DNA of 39,122 bases from a virus (taxonomy: Duplodnaviria > Caudoviricetes): IMG/VR virus record IMGVR_UViG_3300043400_000036, positions 1-39,122 of that record. The stretch is one strand, 5' to 3'. The position numbers and the translations under genes are program-made. The notes under the pieces were generated by a model. That model saw only the letters and a program-made list of their open reading frames with translations. It was not told where the DNA came from and ran no database searches. The number at the start of each line of letters is the position of its first letter. Positions within the stretch are counted from its first letter, which is position 1. Shown here piece by piece: positions 36,468 through 39,122 of this stretch.

Positions 36468-37436
36468 GTGGCTCAACAGCACGGTTTTGTGGCGGCGAGC
36501 GGCTATGGTCAGCTCGAAGCGGGCATCCTGGCCCGTGTGGGGTACTGGAACGAAATCCTCAGCATGAAGTGCTATGAGGAAGCCTCATGGGGGCACTGGG
36601 TCAACTCGATGGCCGACGACATCCTGATGCAGAATCAGGTGGTCAAGTTCGAAATCGTGGACGAACCAACCCCGATGCGGCCCTACGAGAAGAACCAGGA
36701 ACTCGTTGATGACGAGCCGAGCGCCTATGAAACGTGCGCCCAGCTCTGCTTCGCCGAGTACAGCCAGGACAAGATCAACGACCTGGACATCTTCCGCAAT
36801 CCCGAGCGCCTGGACAAGTTCATGTCCGAGCGCCAGGAGAAGCGCGTTGCTCTGTACGGCGAGACGCTGAACTACCGCGTGCTGGCCCGGTTCATCGCCG
36901 AGTGCGACCCGATCAACCAGGGCACCAACGCAGGCGCGATCACGCACGGCCACAACCTCGGCACCAGCGCGGTCCCGAAGGATCTGACCAACCCGGCGAC
37001 GATCACGAAGTTCTTCGCGGCGCTGCAGTCGGTGGCGATCGAGACGAAGTGCTTCAACAAGGGCGCGGGCTGGCACATGGTCATCCCGAACCAGCTCCTG
37101 CTGGCGCTGTACGACACGCCGCTGGCGAACCGCTTCGACCTGGGCGCGTGCTCCGAGCTGGTCTGCAACTTGATGAACAACGGCGGCATCGTCAACGGGA
37201 TGAACGGTCCCTATGGCTTCCGCTGGTGGGTCAACCTGGAGATGAGCCGTCCGAACGCTGTGGGCGCGGTGCCGGTGATCTGCTTCCATGAGTCGGCCCA
37301 GCTCTTCGCCAGCGAGCTGATCGTCAACCGCGTCTACGAACGCGAGCAGTTCGATCGAGTCTATCAGTTGCTTGCGGTTTCGGGTGGCTCGGTGCTGTAT
37401 CCGCACAAGGTCATTGTCGCCTGGATCAAGGTGTGA
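36468..37436 (+). CDS. major capsid protein (probable)
   Basis: 322 aa, strong AAGGAG RBS, follows the scaffold gene and is followed by a terminator; G..YGF.W and GG.VLYP features fit an HK97-like fold. Confidence 0.7.
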   Translation: MAQQHGFVAASGYGQLEAGILARVGYWNEILSMKCYEEASWGHWVNSMADDILMQNQVVKFEIVDEPTPMRPYEKNQELVDDEPSAYETCAQLCFAEYSQDKINDLDIFRNPERLDKFMSERQEKRVALYGETLNYRVLARFIAECDPINQGTNAGAITHGHNLGTSAVPKDLTNPATITKFFAALQSVAIETKCFNKGAGWHMVIPNQLLLALYDTPLANRFDLGACSELVCNLMNNGGIVNGMNGPYGFRWWVNLEMSRPNAVGAVPVICFHESAQLFASELIVNRVYEREQFDRVYQLLAVSGGSVLYPHKVIVAWIKV

Positions 37437-37478
37437 TTTCGCCGGTGGGACGGTGAGGGTGGGGGCCTCGGCCCCTTT

Positions 37479-37509
37479 GCCCCGGTCGGGAAACTGACCG
37501 GGGCTTTTT
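37479..37509 (+). terminator. rho-independent terminator
   Basis: GCCCCGGTCGG-GAAA-CTGACCGGGGC followed by TTTTT. Confidence 0.9.
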
Positions 37510-37514
37510 ACACC

Positions 37515-38576
37515 CTAGCTATCCGACGTGGGGAGCGCAGCTATGTGCGCGAGTATTTCAGCGTCGTTCCACTCCACAGCCTTGTTGCAGCCTACACGGC
37601 AGGCGCTGACGAGGTTGTCAGGGCGGTCCAGGTAGTCGGGTGTGAACCCGTAGGTCTGTACACCGGGTGTGAACGGGATCTTGTGCGCCCACTGGCGCGG
37701 TGAGCTGCCGGGGGTGCCGCACACACCGCACAGGGCGGGATGCTCGGCGTGGTGAAAACGAACAGGTGCGCGGCGGCGGTACACGTCCTGTTCTGCAGGC
37801 GTCAGAAAGACGCGCCCATCGAACCCGGACCAGCCAGGGCGCAACGAACCACCATCGGCGGCGACAGTAACCGTGCTGGCTCGGTATCCTTTGCGCATGT
37901 TCCCGCACGCTGGACATCCCGACCCTCTCGCGTGAACCGACACCTGCTGCGCGAACACGCCGTGCTCAGCGCACACCACCTCGATCACGCTCAGCGCCCC
38001 GTCGATCACCGGCGGGTAGGCGTAACGCCCTGCAGGATGCACAGCCGCGAAGTCGGCCAGCCACGCAGCCGTTGACTTCCGTTCGCCCCCGGCACTGTCA
38101 TCGCGGCACGCCACACAGCCGTGATACAGGTGGAACCGCAGGGGTTGCGTGCGCTCACCGTGCGTCGGGCACACGTAGCGCACGTCCTTGGTGACGCGAT
38201 CTGGCACGCCGTCTGGGTAGGTGTAGCCGCGCCCTGCGTGCGTCCGCAGCACCCGAGCGAGGTACCCCGCCGAGGCAACGTGCTCGATGTTGGACCAGCG
38301 CAGGTTGCTGGGGTCGCCGTCGATGACGCGCAGCGTGTCTTGCGGGCCGATGTCTTCGCCGGTCATCAGCACATAGGCCACGCGCAGCAGGCTGACCTTC
38401 TTGGCGCCAAGCTGCACCAGCAAGGTCTTGTACAGCCCGCTCGGCGTGCCGACCACGGCGCCGACAGCGCCCCGGCTGCCGGTGGCGGCGACGCGGCGTG
38501 TCACAAGGCCGGTGTCAGGGTCGTACAGGAACTTCTCTCGTACGGCGACGACGTCAATCGGGGGGTGGGTCTTCAT
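37515..38576 (-). CDS. composite HNH homing-endonuclease-like protein
   Basis: N-terminal degenerate HNH_3-like domain, two C..HG...H...GC..C zinc repeats, and C-terminal CGVCG...AHKIP...DNL..AC..GCN. Confidence 0.8.
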   Translation of the reverse strand: MKTHPPIDVVAVREKFLYDPDTGLVTRRVAATGSRGAVGAVVGTPSGLYKTLLVQLGAKKVSLLRVAYVLMTGEDIGPQDTLRVIDGDPSNLRWSNIEHVASAGYLARVLRTHAGRGYTYPDGVPDRVTKDVRYVCPTHGERTQPLRFHLYHGCVACRDDSAGGERKSTAAWLADFAAVHPAGRYAYPPVIDGALSVIEVVCAEHGVFAQQVSVHARGSGCPACGNMRKGYRASTVTVAADGGSLRPGWSGFDGRVFLTPAEQDVYRRRAPVRFHHAEHPALCGVCGTPGSSPRQWAHKIPFTPGVQTYGFTPDYLDRPDNLVSACRVGCNKAVEWNDAEILAHIAALPTSDS

Positions 38577-38670
38577 GGTGTAGCCCGTAAATGCTGTGAA
38601 GCCACTGTAGCACAGTTCCACACCAGCAGCGCGGTTCAGCTACAATCACGTCACCAACCAGGAGAACGCC

Positions 38671-38802
38671 ATGTGTGCGTGCAACAAGCCCCGCTGGTCG
38701 CCCCCGGCCCAGCCACAACCGCAGCCCGTGCAGCCGACCGCGAACCCGCCGGCCCCACAGAACACCTCGTTCCGCGTGCCCGCGCCCCTGCGCCGCCGGT
38801 GA
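38671..38802 (+). CDS. small Pro-rich protein (MCACNKPRW...)
   Basis: AGGAG RBS; 43 aa, below the ORF-track cutoff; TACAAT upstream at 38641. Confidence 0.5.
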   Translation: MCACNKPRWSPPAQPQPQPVQPTANPPAPQNTSFRVPAPLRRR

Positions 38803-38832
38803 CGTGGTAACATCCTGTCACTGGAGGCCATC

Positions 38833-39087
38833 ATGAACTACCTGATCCGTGCGCTGGTGATGCTGCTGGTGCAGCGCCTGAAGTCCAAGACCTACCTGTT
38901 CGCCACGGCGACGATCGTGCTGGGCGCGGTCCTGCACCTCATGCCGCTGGTGCAGGCTGCGCTCACCCCTGAGGTGTACGGCATGGTGGTATCCGCCATC
39001 GGTGTCGTGATCGCGGTGCTGCGTGAGGTCACGAGCGAACCGTTGAACGATAAAACGCAAGTGCCTGCGGTGGGTGGCACGGACTGA
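38833..39087 (+). CDS. holin-like membrane protein
   Basis: GGAGG RBS; KSKT, two transmembrane segments and an LR.VT..PL..K tail. Confidence 0.65.
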   Translation: MNYLIRALVMLLVQRLKSKTYLFATATIVLGAVLHLMPLVQAALTPEVYGMVVSAIGVVIAVLREVTSEPLNDKTQVPAVGGTD

Positions 39088-39122
39088 CCCACGAGGTTTC
39101 CGCGCCGCCCGGACGCCACGAC

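Noticed and set aside
1-39122. Prophage or temperate lifestyle call
   Set aside because: No integrase, repressor, att site or host flank is in the window; Rha and Leu762 are only weak hints.

Overview
GC-rich tailed dsDNA phage genome segment, probably podovirus-like; no host genes, integrase, tRNA or CRISPR array are seen. The left arm (1-16287, minus strand) is a replication/middle module: SNF2 helicase, Cas4-like PD-(D/E)XK nuclease, family A DNA polymerase with a 142-aa mini-intein in motif B, VRR-NUC, T5orf172 GIY-YIG, a frameshifted Rha-family gene, dUTPase, a lipoprotein and many hypotheticals. 16300-17250 is an AT-rich, palindrome- and iteron-rich origin-like region. 17250-20520 is an array of small minus-strand early genes separated by five copies of a ~70-nt double-hairpin + RBS element that shows compensatory base changes; this is the most unusual feature of the window. 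20560-21200 is a strand-skewed repeat/G-quadruplex block. The right arm (21257-39087, plus strand) is a packaging/virion module: TerL, GH19 endolysin, portal, two tail-fibre-like proteins (one with an S74 chaperone), an HU-like protein, scaffold, major capsid protein, a reverse-oriented composite HNH gene and a holin-like gene. All calls come from motif recognition by eye; no database search was run.
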